Shown piece by piece: positions 10,101 to 22,500 of a stretch of DNA of 64,000 bases (within the stretch, counting starts at the first letter, position 1; each line of letters starts with the position of its first letter). The DNA lies in assembly GCF_002113885.1 (NCBI RefSeq), contig NW_018404083.1, forward strand, positions 69,102-133,101. The letters are read 5' to 3'. Origin of the DNA: Mizuhopecten yessoensis (taxonomy: Eukaryota). Position numbers and translations under genes: made by a program. The notes beneath the pieces are model-generated. The model ran no database searches. It saw only the letters and a list, made by a program, of their open reading frames with translations, and was not told the DNA's origin.

Positions 10101-12327
10101 AATTTTAGGAGCAGTTACGAGAAATGGGATTTTCAGACACTGGTTCAGCTCTGGATTCGGTATACAAGCCCGTCGAAGGATCTCACAATACCTCTAACAC
10201 TCTGCAGAATATTGCATCGAAATCTTACTCACCCCAAGTGACAAAGTATTGCTTGAACTCTTCTTCCTCCTCCGATGATTTAAATGGTACTTATCAATTC
10301 AGGATTATTTGCATAGTTTTCTTTCTCTGATGGAAAAAGTCCTTTTAATATCAAAAGAGGGATGTCGAATTATTTTCGTTTACGAGATATCTTGCACCTC
10401 CAAAGTAAAAGACGTCTTAGGGAATAAATGCATATATGAATATACTTACATTATTAACAATAATACTTATTCGCTTTGAAATTGGATCTTTGATTAAACT
10501 AATGTCAAGAAGACTCATTCTTAATCTTTCTTTCGTTTCCATAAAAGATACAGATGGTTCCGAGCAGAAGGCCAGGAACCGATCCAAAACAACACCAAGG
10601 AACGTCCCCAACAAAAAACTAAAGGAAGGGTTTGTTGAAGAAGACGAAAAGAAACAACAAAAACAGGCAACTAAATTTAGGAATGCAGGGAAACAGAATG
10701 ATAACTCGGCAATCCAAAAACTAGTCAGGAAAACCTCGCCTCAGCCTGTTGAACACGAGGAAGAACCAACAAGGAAGCTCACTAAACCAACCCAGAACAG
10801 GGCTTCTGAGGATGAAGATGACGCACCACCTCGTGTCCTTAGGCAAGGATGGGTAAGCAGTGATGATGATGATGATGATGAGGATGATAATGATGATGAG
10901 GAGGAGGAGGAGAAGAAGGAGGAGGAGGAGGAACCTCCAAGTGTCCTTGGGCAAGGATTGGTAAGCAGCGATGAGGAGGAACTGGAGGAGATAGTAGTGG
11001 GAGAGGAGGAGGAAGTGGAGGAGGAGGAAGAGGTAGTGGTGGAGGGAGAGAAAGAGGTAGTGATGGATGAGGCAGAGGAGGAAGAGGAGGATGTTTCTGT
11101 CAAAGATAATGAACAGGAAAAATCCCGAAGTGAAGTTTCTCCTTCATTCGACCATGGTATTCCTCTAGAACAATCTTGTCTATTTAAGGCCCTTGTGACA
11201 CACACATCTTTCGATGATTCCGACCTCAACTTTGAGAAAGGTAAGTATTTAGAATGTGTATTCACAGTGCAACTCAGTTTCTTCTAGCAACATTTTTGCT
11301 TTTCTTTATTAGCATGCGGACTAGACACTTACTATCATTGCTTATTTTGTTCATTTCTTGTATGAAGTTTCATCTTTAAACTTAGCGCAAGACAAAATTT
11401 TAAACAAATAATACTAACCCTATTTTGAATAGTTCTTTTAAAAAAAACATCACTCTAAAAAGCGAACGAAAGAGGTGATGAGTAGTTTTAAAATTGTACG
11501 TGTGGTACCGAATAACTACAAAAAAAGTTTCATCAGAAACACACTACGCACTGACAATGGGTGAAGTGTTTAAGTACAGGGGCCTAAAGCTTCATGAGAC
11601 TGAAAAGTATTGTCTGTGTTTCTGGAACCCTTGGTATTTTAAATTAAGCTTCCTCACCAGTCACATTTATACCAGGTTCAAATAAGCACAGGTTTTGTTT
11701 TATTCTGTTTAACGTTCTATCAACAGCTAAAGTCAGTTAAGGATGTGCCTTGATGTGTGTTGCGTATGCGTGCATGTGTGCTTGAGGCAGGGGAAGTCGG
11801 TGTGCTTGCCTCAGTATAATAGCGCGGATCTGATGCCGACTTTATAGTGCTAACTCACTGGAACACCTTGCCGAAGTCACCCAGCACAGCATTCCGCCCG
11901 GTCACATTCTACTGACAACGGTCGAACGTGTTGTTGCCATTACCCTCAATGCTAAACGTTAAGCAGGGAATAACAACTACCATTTTTAAGGACTTTGGTA
12001 TGTCCCGACATGGGGACAGAACTCACTGCCTCCCTTACATGTGCTAACTACATGCATTGTAAATTCATTCCAGTACCTCTGACTGGCGGAGGGTTATTTC
12101 CTATTTTTTGCCGGATTATATGTCTCTGGTGAAAGGTTTCAATATTTGTATTTGTAGGACAGAGACTGGTGCAAACACATCAGGCTAGTGAGGAAGATAT
12201 TGCCTACGGCTATATACGCAAACACCGATACAGCCAGCTCCAGTATGGATACTTCAACATCAGGCAAACCAGATTATGGGAACCATCAACAAAGAATGTT
12301 TTTAAGAAGTTGTTTACGAGCATTTAA
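1165..12327 (+). CDS. 10-exon gene, ~653 aa: helical/coiled-coil N-terminal half (F-BAR-like, tentative), D/E-rich disordered linker, divergent C-terminal SH3-like domain
   Basis: Exons 1165-1259, 2498-2610, 3453-3582, 4923-5034, 5540-5773, 7447-7559, 8282-8405, 10109-10286, 10548-11240 and 12158-12327 have GT-AG boundaries, phases match throughout and they total 1962 nt. The protein starts MEPTPASPPKKRG. The C-terminus LFKALVTHTSFDDSDLNFEKGQRL..IAYGY..QYGYFN resembles the SH3 ALYDY/ELSF-KG pattern. ESFDKERVKACNAAM resembles the distal F-BAR helix. Family assignment is by eye only. Confidence 0.8.
2628..2812. mobile_element. Palindromic ~185-bp MITE family A, copy 1
   Basis: TTCCGTCTTTGCGTATTGCAGAGTT...AACTCTGCAATACGCAAAGACGGAA with ~80-bp inverted arms. 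Near-identical copies are at 3654, 38953 and 55911. Confidence 0.9.
3654..3839. mobile_element. Palindromic MITE family A, copy 2
   Basis: Same terminal inverted repeats and internal sequence as 2628-2812. Confidence 0.9.
3856..4772. mobile_element. Non-autonomous TIR DNA transposon (hAT-like TAGGG-type ends) containing an expanded 31-bp minisatellite
   Basis: The left end TAGGTCTGCAACGATATAT and right end ATGTATTGTTGCAGCTCTA are inverted repeats. The flanks GTTAACAC / GTAAATAT are a possible degenerate 8-bp TSD. Confidence 0.65.
4097..4735. repeat. 31-bp minisatellite, ~20 copies (TGTGACCACAGTATCGTGATACGTATCGTAT)
   Basis: Directly visible tandem array. It produces the spurious repetitive ORFs at 4158-4785. 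Confidence 0.95.
5870..6220. repeat. Degenerate ~40-bp tandem repeat centred on the palindrome GTCATATGAC
   Basis: ACTAATGTCATATGACGTTATTTTCATTTACTTACATCCCA is repeated exactly at first, then decays through several further units. Confidence 0.75.
6219..6865. repeat. 23-bp minisatellite, ~28 copies (TGACAACCTGTTTTGGGTGACAG)
   Basis: Directly visible tandem array. It produces the spurious ORFs at 6122-6789. Confidence 0.95.
6925..7302 (+). mobile_element. Partial copy of the TTAA-flanked (Kolobok-like) element with internal tRNA-like cassette
   Basis: ACAATCTGAAGTCCAGGTTCGAATACCCGCCTAGCCCCACTGGATT matches 48790-48838. It ends GGGGACCCTTAA, like the 48380-49005 copy. Confidence 0.6.
7958..8073. 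repeat. Near-perfect 116-bp hairpin (small MITE or hairpin RNA)
   Basis: CCAGACAGTTTCGCTGACATTCTGCCAGCTTGGTCACTGGTGACGTTCGT-loop-ACGAACGTCACCAGTGATCAAGCTGGCAGAATGTCAGCGAAACTGTCTGG, with ~50-bp arms and 1 mismatch. Confidence 0.85.
9441..9781. mobile_element. MITE family B (~340 bp, ~65-bp TIR), copy 1
   Basis: TIR ATCCTCGATATTCAGGGGTTACGCTCACTTTCGCTCTCTAC...GTAGAGAGCGAAAGTGAGCGTAACCCCTGGACATCGAGGAT, flanked by the direct repeat GTAATCATC. Copies are at 19355 and 34120. Confidence 0.9.
10859..11092 (+). repeat. Coding GAT/GAG trinucleotide tracts (poly-D/E) in exon 9 of gene 1
   Basis: (GAT)n and (GAG)n runs encode DDDDDDDEDDNDDEEEEEKKEEEEE...EEEEVEEEEE. Confidence 0.85.
11706..12050 (-). 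mobile_element. Decayed tRNA-derived SINE, same family as 58374-58890
   Basis: Shares GTTTAACGT..AACAGCTAA, TGATGCCGACTTTATAGTGCTA, CCGGTCACATT.TACTGACAACGG and GACTTTGGTATGTC with the 58-kb copy. Confidence 0.8.
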
Positions 12328-14624
12328 CTTTGTCTTTTGAGCAATGTTTTGAACTGCCTGGATTTCTTTTCCTCGTAAGACGAAAATCGGAGCAGTTTAA
12401 ATTTTCAACAACAAAAATATTTTAAATTTCATAACGTTTATTTGATACTTTTGAAATAGCATATATCAGAAAACTAATTTAAGCATTTTATTTAATTAAT
12501 CAGTTAAATGGTTTTTAAAATAAGATAAGTAGCAAGAATGTCCTTACTTAAGTTATCCTCATTTTAGGAGGAAATCTTTGATTTGATAGCAGGTATAGGG
12601 AAATGTGAGCATAAATTTTGCTTTTAACAGATTTTTTTAGAAAACAGTTGTAATTTTTCTGTGTGAATAACCTATCAAGGAAAAAGAGCAGGAACGAAAA
12701 TCATGAACGCAAAAACCCTTTGACATTCTCATACTTAGTAGCTGAACATGCATTGCTTGGATATTATAGGATTAATGTAAAACAGAAGGGAAACATAGAG
12801 AGGAATTCTGAAGAAATAAGGATAAGCGATGATTATTATATCAAGGTTTCACTGTCTGAGAGCAAGTGAACGTGTTGTTTAAAACCTGTTTGTTAGAAAC
12901 AGAAATGAAGTGTTTATTTCACCAAGCTTTTTTCTAGTAAGGCATTAATGGTTTTAAGAGCATAACAAAATTCTGATCATGTTCCTTCTCTATTGTCAAA
13001 GGCCTCAAACTGTGACATATTTGCTGGTGTATTCCCTAACAGTTTACATATTACAGAGATAGAAATTATATACAGTCATTCATTTTATTTTCCTGGTATC
13101 AAAGTAGAGTTGAGCAGAAAGCGATAATTCTTTTTGTACGTTTTTTATAAGTTTTATTGATAAGGAAGAACATTAGCAAATATGGTCATTGGTAAGCTTA
13201 TTGCGGGTGGTTTTTGAAGGTAACTTTTTTTATATACAATCCAGTATTTTTCTGTGATATATTAAACATACATTGATGTGTATTGTGTTACATTTAGCAG
13301 TTACAATCAGCGTCTGGCATCTGGTTGAATGTTTTTTTATGATGTTTTATTTAGCAAATTTATTGACAACAAAGCTTAAGTATTTACTTTAAACTGAAAA
13401 TCGAATCAGATTACTTTTTAATCTTTTAATGATAAGATAAAACACTTCAATAACATTTACTGATATTGTTGAACTTTGTGATATTTTTATTTACAAATAT
13501 TGTATGAATAAAGAACGATTTGAAAAAAAAATGCTGCTTTTTGTCCGTTTATATTTTAGCTCTATTTCTTTGGAAAGCACTACGTTTAGACCGATTGTCC
13601 TTAAAATACATTCTTTTAATTGCTTTTTTTTTTATGAAAATATATATATATTTCAGCAGATTAACCTTCAACGACTTTTTACGTTTTTAAAAGCTTGTAT
13701 CTAGAGTTCGTTTTTCGCAAATTATGTTTTAAATGAGACGAAAGTGTTACTTTAGTCTCTTTGAAACTAATACTGGAATTTGTCTCAACTTGGAAACATG
13801 TTTATATCTTTAATTTTCTATTTCAAGCTCTCCAAGTAATATAATTTATCAATTCAGAAGCCTGTCGAAGCGAAAAATGTCATTACCATTTCTTAATCAT
13901 CTATTAAATGTAGCAGTAACGTTTGTTATTCATTTTGGAATACAAAATTCCAATTTTTTTTTCTATTTACTCTATCCAGGCGGATTCTGTGAACCAGCAG
14001 TTATATCCAATAGCCGATCGGTAAAAAATGAACCTTTCCTAAATTGTCAACAGAAAAAATTGCAATGTAATATATATTTGTGAGTATTTGCCCAAACCTC
14101 ATGTACAGACAAGGTTCCCAAACGGTTAAGAGACCTAGTGATATTGTTAATTCGGTCAATTGTTGTACATTTGTAATTATAAAGTACTCCTCTAAATAAA
14201 AAAAATCATAAATTAAGGTTTTTTGACGCACCTGTCCCTCTGTTTCAACAGTATCTTAGACAATTTGGATTTCCAGCATTTTGGACACTTGCATCACCGA
14301 TGAGTCCTATTGGTATTTCTTACATATTAAAGTAAATCAGTAAAGCAGTTTTCTTCTTCTAAACCTACTGATACCAAGCAAGAAACATTCTCTGAAATAA
14401 TTTCGGTATAAACAAAGAAGTTATATAGACTAAAACTGTACTGAGAAATATTGAATAAGGGCAAAAAACTGCTGCTTTTGAGAATACGTATAAATGTATG
14501 GTGATATTATTAAAGTGTATTTTGTCAGGTTGCTTTTGATTAAATGTATTAATGTGTGTTGAAGTTTAAAACCCAATAGGATATTGTATATCATTATAAA
14601 TTCCGACAGCTATCTAAATATTAA

Positions 14625-14785
14625 AAGGATCCCTGTCCCGCTGGACTGTGTTTTTTTCTCGGGCTGGTATGGGAGTCTTTGACTGATTAGGAGTAGGATA
14701 TGGTAATGGTCATTTGATAACCTATAAATATACGAAAAACCACAGTGGAATCTCTAGTGCTTTACCTGCAGTGGGACAGGGATCT
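14625..14785. mobile_element. Short TTAA-flanked MITE (Kolobok-like TIR GGATCCCTGTCCC-CTG)
   Basis: TTAA-AAGGATCCCTGTCCCGCTG ... CAGTGGGACAGGGATCT-TTAA. Confidence 0.7.
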
Positions 14786-16511
14786 TTAAGGTGATAAATT
14801 ATGATGCAACTGTTACTTGAACCATGGACACCGAGAAAACAATGGAACTCACACCAGATAACAAGCTTATTTGTGACGTATCGACGAATCATGTTTGTTT
14901 AGGAGACACGAACCAGGGATATAAACACAGTATGTGCCACATGCTCGTTCGATCCCCAGCTAAGTCAGCAACATGACACAGAATGTATTTCGTCATGTTA
15001 CCGACTAAATTGATATTAAATACCACCGATCCAATTGTGTTAAGAAATAAACAGATTTGTTTTAAAACTGCATATCAATAAAATGATAGCATCAAAATTT
15101 TGAAGAAACTTGCAGATTTTTCACTAATTTCATCTTATCACATTATAAAAAAAGGTGCTAACATATGAATTGTCTTTAAGGTGTTCGTATAGAAATCGAT
15201 GCGCGGGGTAAACACTCGACATATACTTATGGATTTTTCTTTCTTTGCGATTATATGTATTCGTGAAATAATTGTTTAAAGTTGCCGTGTCGCAATCCGT
15301 CCGAGAAACTGCGGTTAAATTGGTGTAATAAAATTTCATAAATGTTATATATATTAATTATTATACAGATTATATTAGAATGAAAAAAATTAACATTCCA
15401 ATGAATTATATTTATGTCAAGTATAAGCGTATTATTAAGCATTTTCCCTACTGCTACTTATCTCACCAGGCACAGGGTTGAAGCCATGTTTACGTTATTA
15501 TCATGTCACGATAGATGAATCTAACGAATGGCGAATCTGTGTGCGACTGGGTCAGAGATAAGGTTTACATAATACTATGTGTCCAACAGGGTCGGAAGGT
15601 AATGTTTACACAACAATCATGCTTTCATCTTAACTGATGAAGATCTATTGCTTCAATTGGTAAGCTTACCGACTTCTTAACCCACTTATGAAATAGTATT
15701 ATCATAAATGATCGCAATAGCATAGGAATCATACCAAAATGTATCGTCATTTATTAAAGGGGCACATTGGGGCATGCATGACATTATATATAAATCATCG
15801 ACACGTAAGCAAACTTATTTTTATTCATTTCAATTGCACGTTTCACATCCTGAGTGTGGTATTAACGGAAAGTCAAAAACTTTGGAAGAACAACAAGAAA
15901 TGACGCCAATTTTATCCTGTTGAGTAAGAAAGAGCGAAAGTTCGCGGCACGGTACCTTTAAAGAACAATATTTGAAATAAACAATCGTGAAAATTAAATG
16001 ACTGTTTATTTTCTGCAACTTATTCATATGCTGGTAGACACTTTTTACAAGTTGAATTGAGAGAAAGGGTAAGTTTTTTCTAAAATTCATTTTTCTAACA
16101 GTGGTTTTTACCATTATAGCCCATTTAAAAATCTGGGTTTTTTAACAGGACAAGGTAAATTGATGTTTTTATTTTAAAACATTCCAGTGAGCGTCACATA
16201 TGTAGAGCAAAAAGAATTATTAAAATGAAGATGTTTCACATGTGTTTAGACATTAAAAGTACGATCAAACGTTTTCAATAAATATGCCAAGTAATCTTAT
16301 AGATAACTCAGCATTATTAAATATCATATGTAGGTACAAAACAGAAAATAGCTCGCACGACTTTCATTAAAAATTGGGTTAAGGTAGCATGTCTATTTCT
16401 CTGACAATGTTATCACCCACTTGAGTTAGAAGTAGATTAGATGGACACACAAAGCGACCAAATGGACTGGATTTATCACATATGGTGAGTGGATGGACAG
16501 AGGTTTATCAA

Positions 16512-16518
16512 TATAAAA
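16512..16518 (+). promoter_or_regulatory. Candidate TATA box of gene 2
   Basis: TATAAAA ~70 nt upstream of ATG 16585. Confidence 0.35.
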
Positions 16519-16584
16519 CTACAGATACAATATACAGGTGGTATACCCAATGAAACAGTTTATTCGGAAACGAGCACAAGGATA

Positions 16585-19500
16585 ATGGACAGAGTGGCGT
16601 TCTACGGTGTCTTAATAGCGTCTTTATATTATGCAGGTAAATGACAAGTCGTTAGCATTGGTTTATTATTTTGTTTATTTTCCTTGTTTTGTTTTTGTTT
16701 ATTTATTTCAAAAAGTATTTCATTTTGGTAGCCATTTGTATAATTCAATTGATCACGCATGAATTTTATATTTACGTTAACTATGCAATGTTTATTTAAT
16801 ATTTGTTTATATCAAAAAATTGAATTTATTAATGCAGATATGTATATTTCATTGAAGAGTATTTGAAGAAATAAACATCTGAATATACTTTATAACATTA
16901 CATGTAGATAACTTCTGTTAGTCTTGAAAATACATCCTTGATGAATGTCCGTTAAATATGCATTGAAAAAACCGACCAATTTTGGGGTTTTAGGGTAAAG
17001 ACAACACGATACTAATGAAACTGTTGATATATTATTTTTACATGTATAGTGGTTGCTATGGTAATGATACATGTATATGGTTGCCATACTATTGATACAT
17101 GTTTATGGTTGCTATGATGCTGATACATGTATGTGGTTGCCATGATACTGATACATGTCTATGGTTGATATGCTATTGATACATGTGTATGGTTGCTAGG
17201 ATACTGGTACATGCGTATCGTTGCTATGCTAGTGATACATGTATATTTCTTATGATTTTGAAACATTATATAGTTATGTTGGCTATGTTAACCTGTATGT
17301 GGTTGCTATGAAATTGATACATGTGTATGGTTGCTATGATACTGACAAACCTGGTAGGAAAATTTAACTGTTTCGAAAAATCCTTCATATTTCATTTAGC
17401 TAAATACTTCTTGAAAATCACGTATCTGAATTTTTTACTAAAAATAATAACAACGTACCAATTAATCATAAGAAATCACCGAATTATGCAAGTTTAAATA
17501 TTATGGAAAGTGTCTGAAGAAATTGACATCTACCTAACCGAGGCCCACTTGTATAAAACATATCAAAGTTAAGGAAAATCTCAAGCAATATATTGTCTAT
17601 GGGAAATCTTAGACTTGAGGAAATCTCAAGAATTGAGATGTTTTTATACAAGTGGGCCCGAGCTTTTATAAAGTATTTAGAAATATATGCCCATTTTATT
17701 TGCCTTAACCAAACCTGAAAAGAGTCTACCATTGGTGCATAGCAAAAGTTAAAGCTTATTACTTTTATTGAACAGACGCCACTATCAATTGTGGAACATG
17801 CCTTCAGCCACCAGATTACGTCAGCAGTTTCATCAAACTTAAAGCACAGTCAACCCAATCAGAGGCCATCATTCTACACAACATCGCAGAGGTGCCAATC
17901 AAGGTCGATGTTCAGGTTAAACCAATAAGCGGCAACGACACAAATTACTTCTTCCCTGGATTAGGATCCTCTCAGCAGGATGACGACAAACAAGGAGTCT
18001 ATGGAGGCGTGGTCTACAAGTATAACGAAACAGCTGTCAAACTGTATGTGCCCAACCGGAACGACGGTTCTGGTGATGGTTCCGTGATATTTACAGGTAA
18101 ATTGTTGTTCTTGTATTCTTGTAACTATGGAAACCGATCACGGCCAGATTTTCATTTGCAAAGGATTGACCTCCTTGTTTCAAGGCAGTGAAAATACCTA
18201 AACCATCATCACAAATACATAATATTTTCAATTTACACTGACATTCACTCAATAACCATTGTTCCCGCAATCTTGAATTAGAATCGCATACACTTACCAT
18301 AGAACACAAATTTTCATGACGTAAACAATAATTCGTGTGGGCGGAGTTATGCAGATATTAAGCTGTCACAATAGTGTGACGTCACCAACAGTAGATGTGG
18401 GCGGAGATAGCCAAAGATTATGCACAATTTGGTTGTTGCGAAAATGAAATTTGAAATAGAAAAGAAAAAAGAAAACTATCCCTGAAGTGAAAATTGCCCC
18501 TGAACATAAAATAACTTTACATTATGACATGTCTTGACATTAGGACTAAGATTTAACTGGCAAACTGCGATAATGTTTATTTCAACCGGCCTCAAAACTT
18601 TACTTAGCATCAATTGTAGGTTATTTCAGTCGCACATTTATTGTCAATGTTTCCATTCATAGAGTTGCAGTAAACATTCGATTTAGAACACACAATTGAG
18701 AATTAAATCCTTCATCCGCACAAAATGTATAAGATAGATAGCAAATGCTTGGAATATCATGTCAGTGTATAAACACACAAAACAATAGGTGTATGACTTT
18801 AGGCTCTCTATATGACTGGTTGTATAAATGTTACAGGTATTATGTTGAAATTAATCTCCTTTCTTCCTATTTTCGTGTAACATCTAGAGGAGATGTTACT
18901 ACTGGTTAAGCACTTAACTTTTGACAGGTTACAATAATGCATGGGTTGGACCAAAGGTACAGAAAGAGGACGCGGCTGAGGTACGAGTAAGGGTGTGGAC
19001 TGCATGTAAATTTCCAACTCCGGATTATGAGTCTAACTGGATTCCTATGAAAATAAAGAACGGTTAGTATAGTTTAATCCATGTGCAGCTTCGAACGTGA
19101 CAACTGGTGATCTGGGTCAAGTTGTTCCAAGGGTGATTAGCTTAATCAGTGATTAGTGCAAATTTCAACTTTTATGTATTTTTGAAATGCAGCAATCAAC
19201 CTAGTTCAAACTTTTCAGATATAAAGTATTAAGTAGAGTGAATGTACATGTAAATTTACGAGTTTTTACCGTGTATATTGTAGAAAGGTTGAAAGATGTC
19301 GTTAAACAGTGATTAAGCTAATCATCTTTTGAACAACTGGGCCCTGGTAATATACATCCTCGATATCGATGGGGTTTAGCTCACTTTCGCTCTCTACACC
19401 CCTGGAATATGTCATAGCAAAATTGAAGGCTCAATGTGCAGCCTCTTGTGGATGAGACGAGAAGACTAGTTTGTTCCTTTGATGTACATCAAAAGAATCT

Positions 19501-22500
19501 CGTGGTCGCGTAACTGTAAAAAAATGACTGGCTTTGAAGTCAGGCGTCGCTCCTTTGTAATCTTCAAAGGACAGGTATCAGACTAGTTTTTTTACCTGAC
19601 ACCAATCAAATAGCTAGCTGCGTACCTTCATTTTTGGTAAGACATATTCCAGGGGTGTAGAGAGCGGAAGTGAGCGTTACCCCTGGATATCGAGGATGAT
19701 AATATACAACGTTAAGTTATCAGAGCTTTTACATGCAGATTAATGGATTTTGAAGAATTCAAATTATTTTCTGATCAAGTTTGAACATTTATTCTTCAAA
19801 AATGTATCTTCTACCAGAATATCTGATTTTTTTTCTGTACAGTCTTATACCATACGAAAGGAATGCATTGGTTCTCTTCTCGTTAGAATGTTTTTTATGA
19901 GAGGCGAACCGAGTTTTTGACCTTTTGTATGAGCATAACAAACGGCAAAGGCGAATTAAAGATAAATGTATCGATATTTTTTTTAAATAACAAGAAATGT
20001 AGTGACCATGTCGACCGTTTATACCCTCTTGAACTACAGACCTTTCTAAATCAGATGCTTTAAAGCCTGACCAACAGGACAAACGTTTTACAAAACTGTA
20101 GAATAAGGCAGTTGATTCGATATTTACGGAATTGTTTTTTATCGCAATTTTCATGAAGCATGTCTAAAGCTGGTGGACACGACAAAATGTTATAACAATA
20201 CAGGATTTGAAGACACATAGGTTGACGGAAAACTTTTGTTATATGATCGATATCATGATCTCATTAAGTAATATTTTATTTGCATTGAATATCGATGTTT
20301 TCGTTTAAGCTCATATAGGTTTTCCATGTTGTTTCGTTATCACTACTGCGGTTTTCTCTATTGTCAACTTAGATTACATATATTAATGTCAGTTAATGGC
20401 ATTGATGTATTAGGGGACGCTTGCCATTCTGGAACACATGGTCTTAACCTTGTATTTTTACAATGGTCGTCGAAGTTAAGTTTAAATTACTGTTTTGTAT
20501 ACAGTTCGGTATTTTCTCTTATTATTATTTTTATCAACTTTTGATAGGTACGGACTCGTTTCGGGAGGTAGTTCACGGACTAGGCTACGTCCCTAATTAT
20601 GTAACAGTACAAGTATGGAACAATGGAACTGACTGGTATGCAGACGGAATAGGTATGTTTGATAGAGCAACAAATTAAGTATATAGCAGAAACAGAATAT
20701 CTATGAATGAGGGGGGAGAAACAGAAATCAATTTGATTCAATCTGTACAGTTTCGTACAAATCAATTTAAACCCACCTTTACATATGGATTTTGATTATT
20801 TTTCCTTTTTAATATATATGTAAATATATCAAACATAAAAAAAAAAAATGTCAATGTTTCTTCACTTTATAGAAGTATATTTCAAATAAGAGTTTGAGAA
20901 ATTATATCATCAGGATGATTATTGGTAAATATTTACAAAATTGTTATAATTTTCTAACAGAGAGTAACAAAATATGTATTTGAAGTAAATAAAGATATCG
21001 TTTTTTTTTAAACAAATCATAAATTAAATGAAACAAAATATAATTGAAAAAAGAATAGAAAATATTTAAAAACGCAACAGTTATCCAATATTTTCCCTAC
21101 AAAGTTCCTTCAAAGTAAATCCGCAAGTCTTGTTCTTGTCATATCATAACTAATTGAACTGCCAATTTTACTCCATTTAGCATCAGGAATGACGCCGAAC
21201 AACGTCAACAAACTTACATCCTGGGGAGGAGTTGTCTATGCCTTTGATGACAATCATGTCCGGATCTGGGTACCAGGTTTCGACACAGGTACTCTAAATC
21301 AAATTATCGTAGCTGTAGCAAATCTACTAAATAAGATATTGTTGATGATGATAGTTTTAACGAAAGTCGAAGATGGCAGAAATGTCATCCTGATATATTT
21401 TCAAAATCAATTGTTTTGCTTTTTACTTGAACTGCATGAGTGTTAAAACATACCAATGAAAAGGAATTAAAGTGACTATAACGAATGATAACAATTCTTG
21501 CTCTTTTGTTATTATTATTTTGATAATGGCGTTGATATTTATTCCAACCTTAGTTTTGCATTCATAATAACAAAAGAGCAAGAACTGTTATTATTCTATA
21601 TGGTGACTTTAAAATTCCTTTTTACTAGTATGTTTTAACACTTTAGATTCTTAACATTAATCTTAACATTAAGGTTCCCTGTACCACTGCCAAACATTGT
21701 ACACCTTTTACCAGCATGACTATAGGATTTGATTATGCAAGAATCATTAAGCAGAACAAAAGATTAGTCTGAGGGTGAACATGCAGAGGAACCAAACATG
21801 AATCGAAGTCCAATCATGAGATAGGTTTATTTAGTCAAATGCACTGGTTTGAGTGGAGTTCGGGCGAGGAAAATCTTTTTTTTTTGGTGCATATATATAT
21901 AGAAAAGGTAATTACAATATCAAACTCGTAAATGCATTTGAGTGACTAGGTCAGCGGTAGTACCACGGTATTTCAACTTTATCACATTGGCACAAAACAG
22001 GGTTCTCACACTTGAGCTGACCGAAAATATAAGGCTTATTCAAGTTTTTTTCTAGGCCAGAAGACAAATTTCAATGTCATTTTCCAACACTCAACACCAG
22101 GAGTCATATATGTCGTATAAATAACGTGAAGGAGTCGCTCGTATGGGCAATGATTTTCTTGTCATTCTGGGTCAGGTTGACGTCGTCACATATCGTTTGA
22201 TAAATTCTCTGCACCTCTCCTGCTTCCAGTCAGGAATGAGTTAAACTCTGGACATGCCAGTATTAATATTGATTCTACCTGTGTACTACATTTATTATAA
22301 AAACAACTTAAGAGGAGTTTTTAAAAACTACAATACAGTTCCTTAGTATTTTGCCTGCAGTTTAACAGGGATCCTTAAACATGTATCCCAAGCATCTACT
22401 CAATGTTTAGCTATTTCAATCTATTAATAACTGAATACTTCTGTCATGTATCACAGGAAGTATGTTTAGTGTGGCCGATGGTTGGGGTCAAGGGTCACAA

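Noticed and set aside
10721-11265. Poly-Ser and poly-Leu/Ile ORFs on the minus strand
   Set aside because: They are antisense shadows of the GAG/GAT-rich exon 9 of gene 1.
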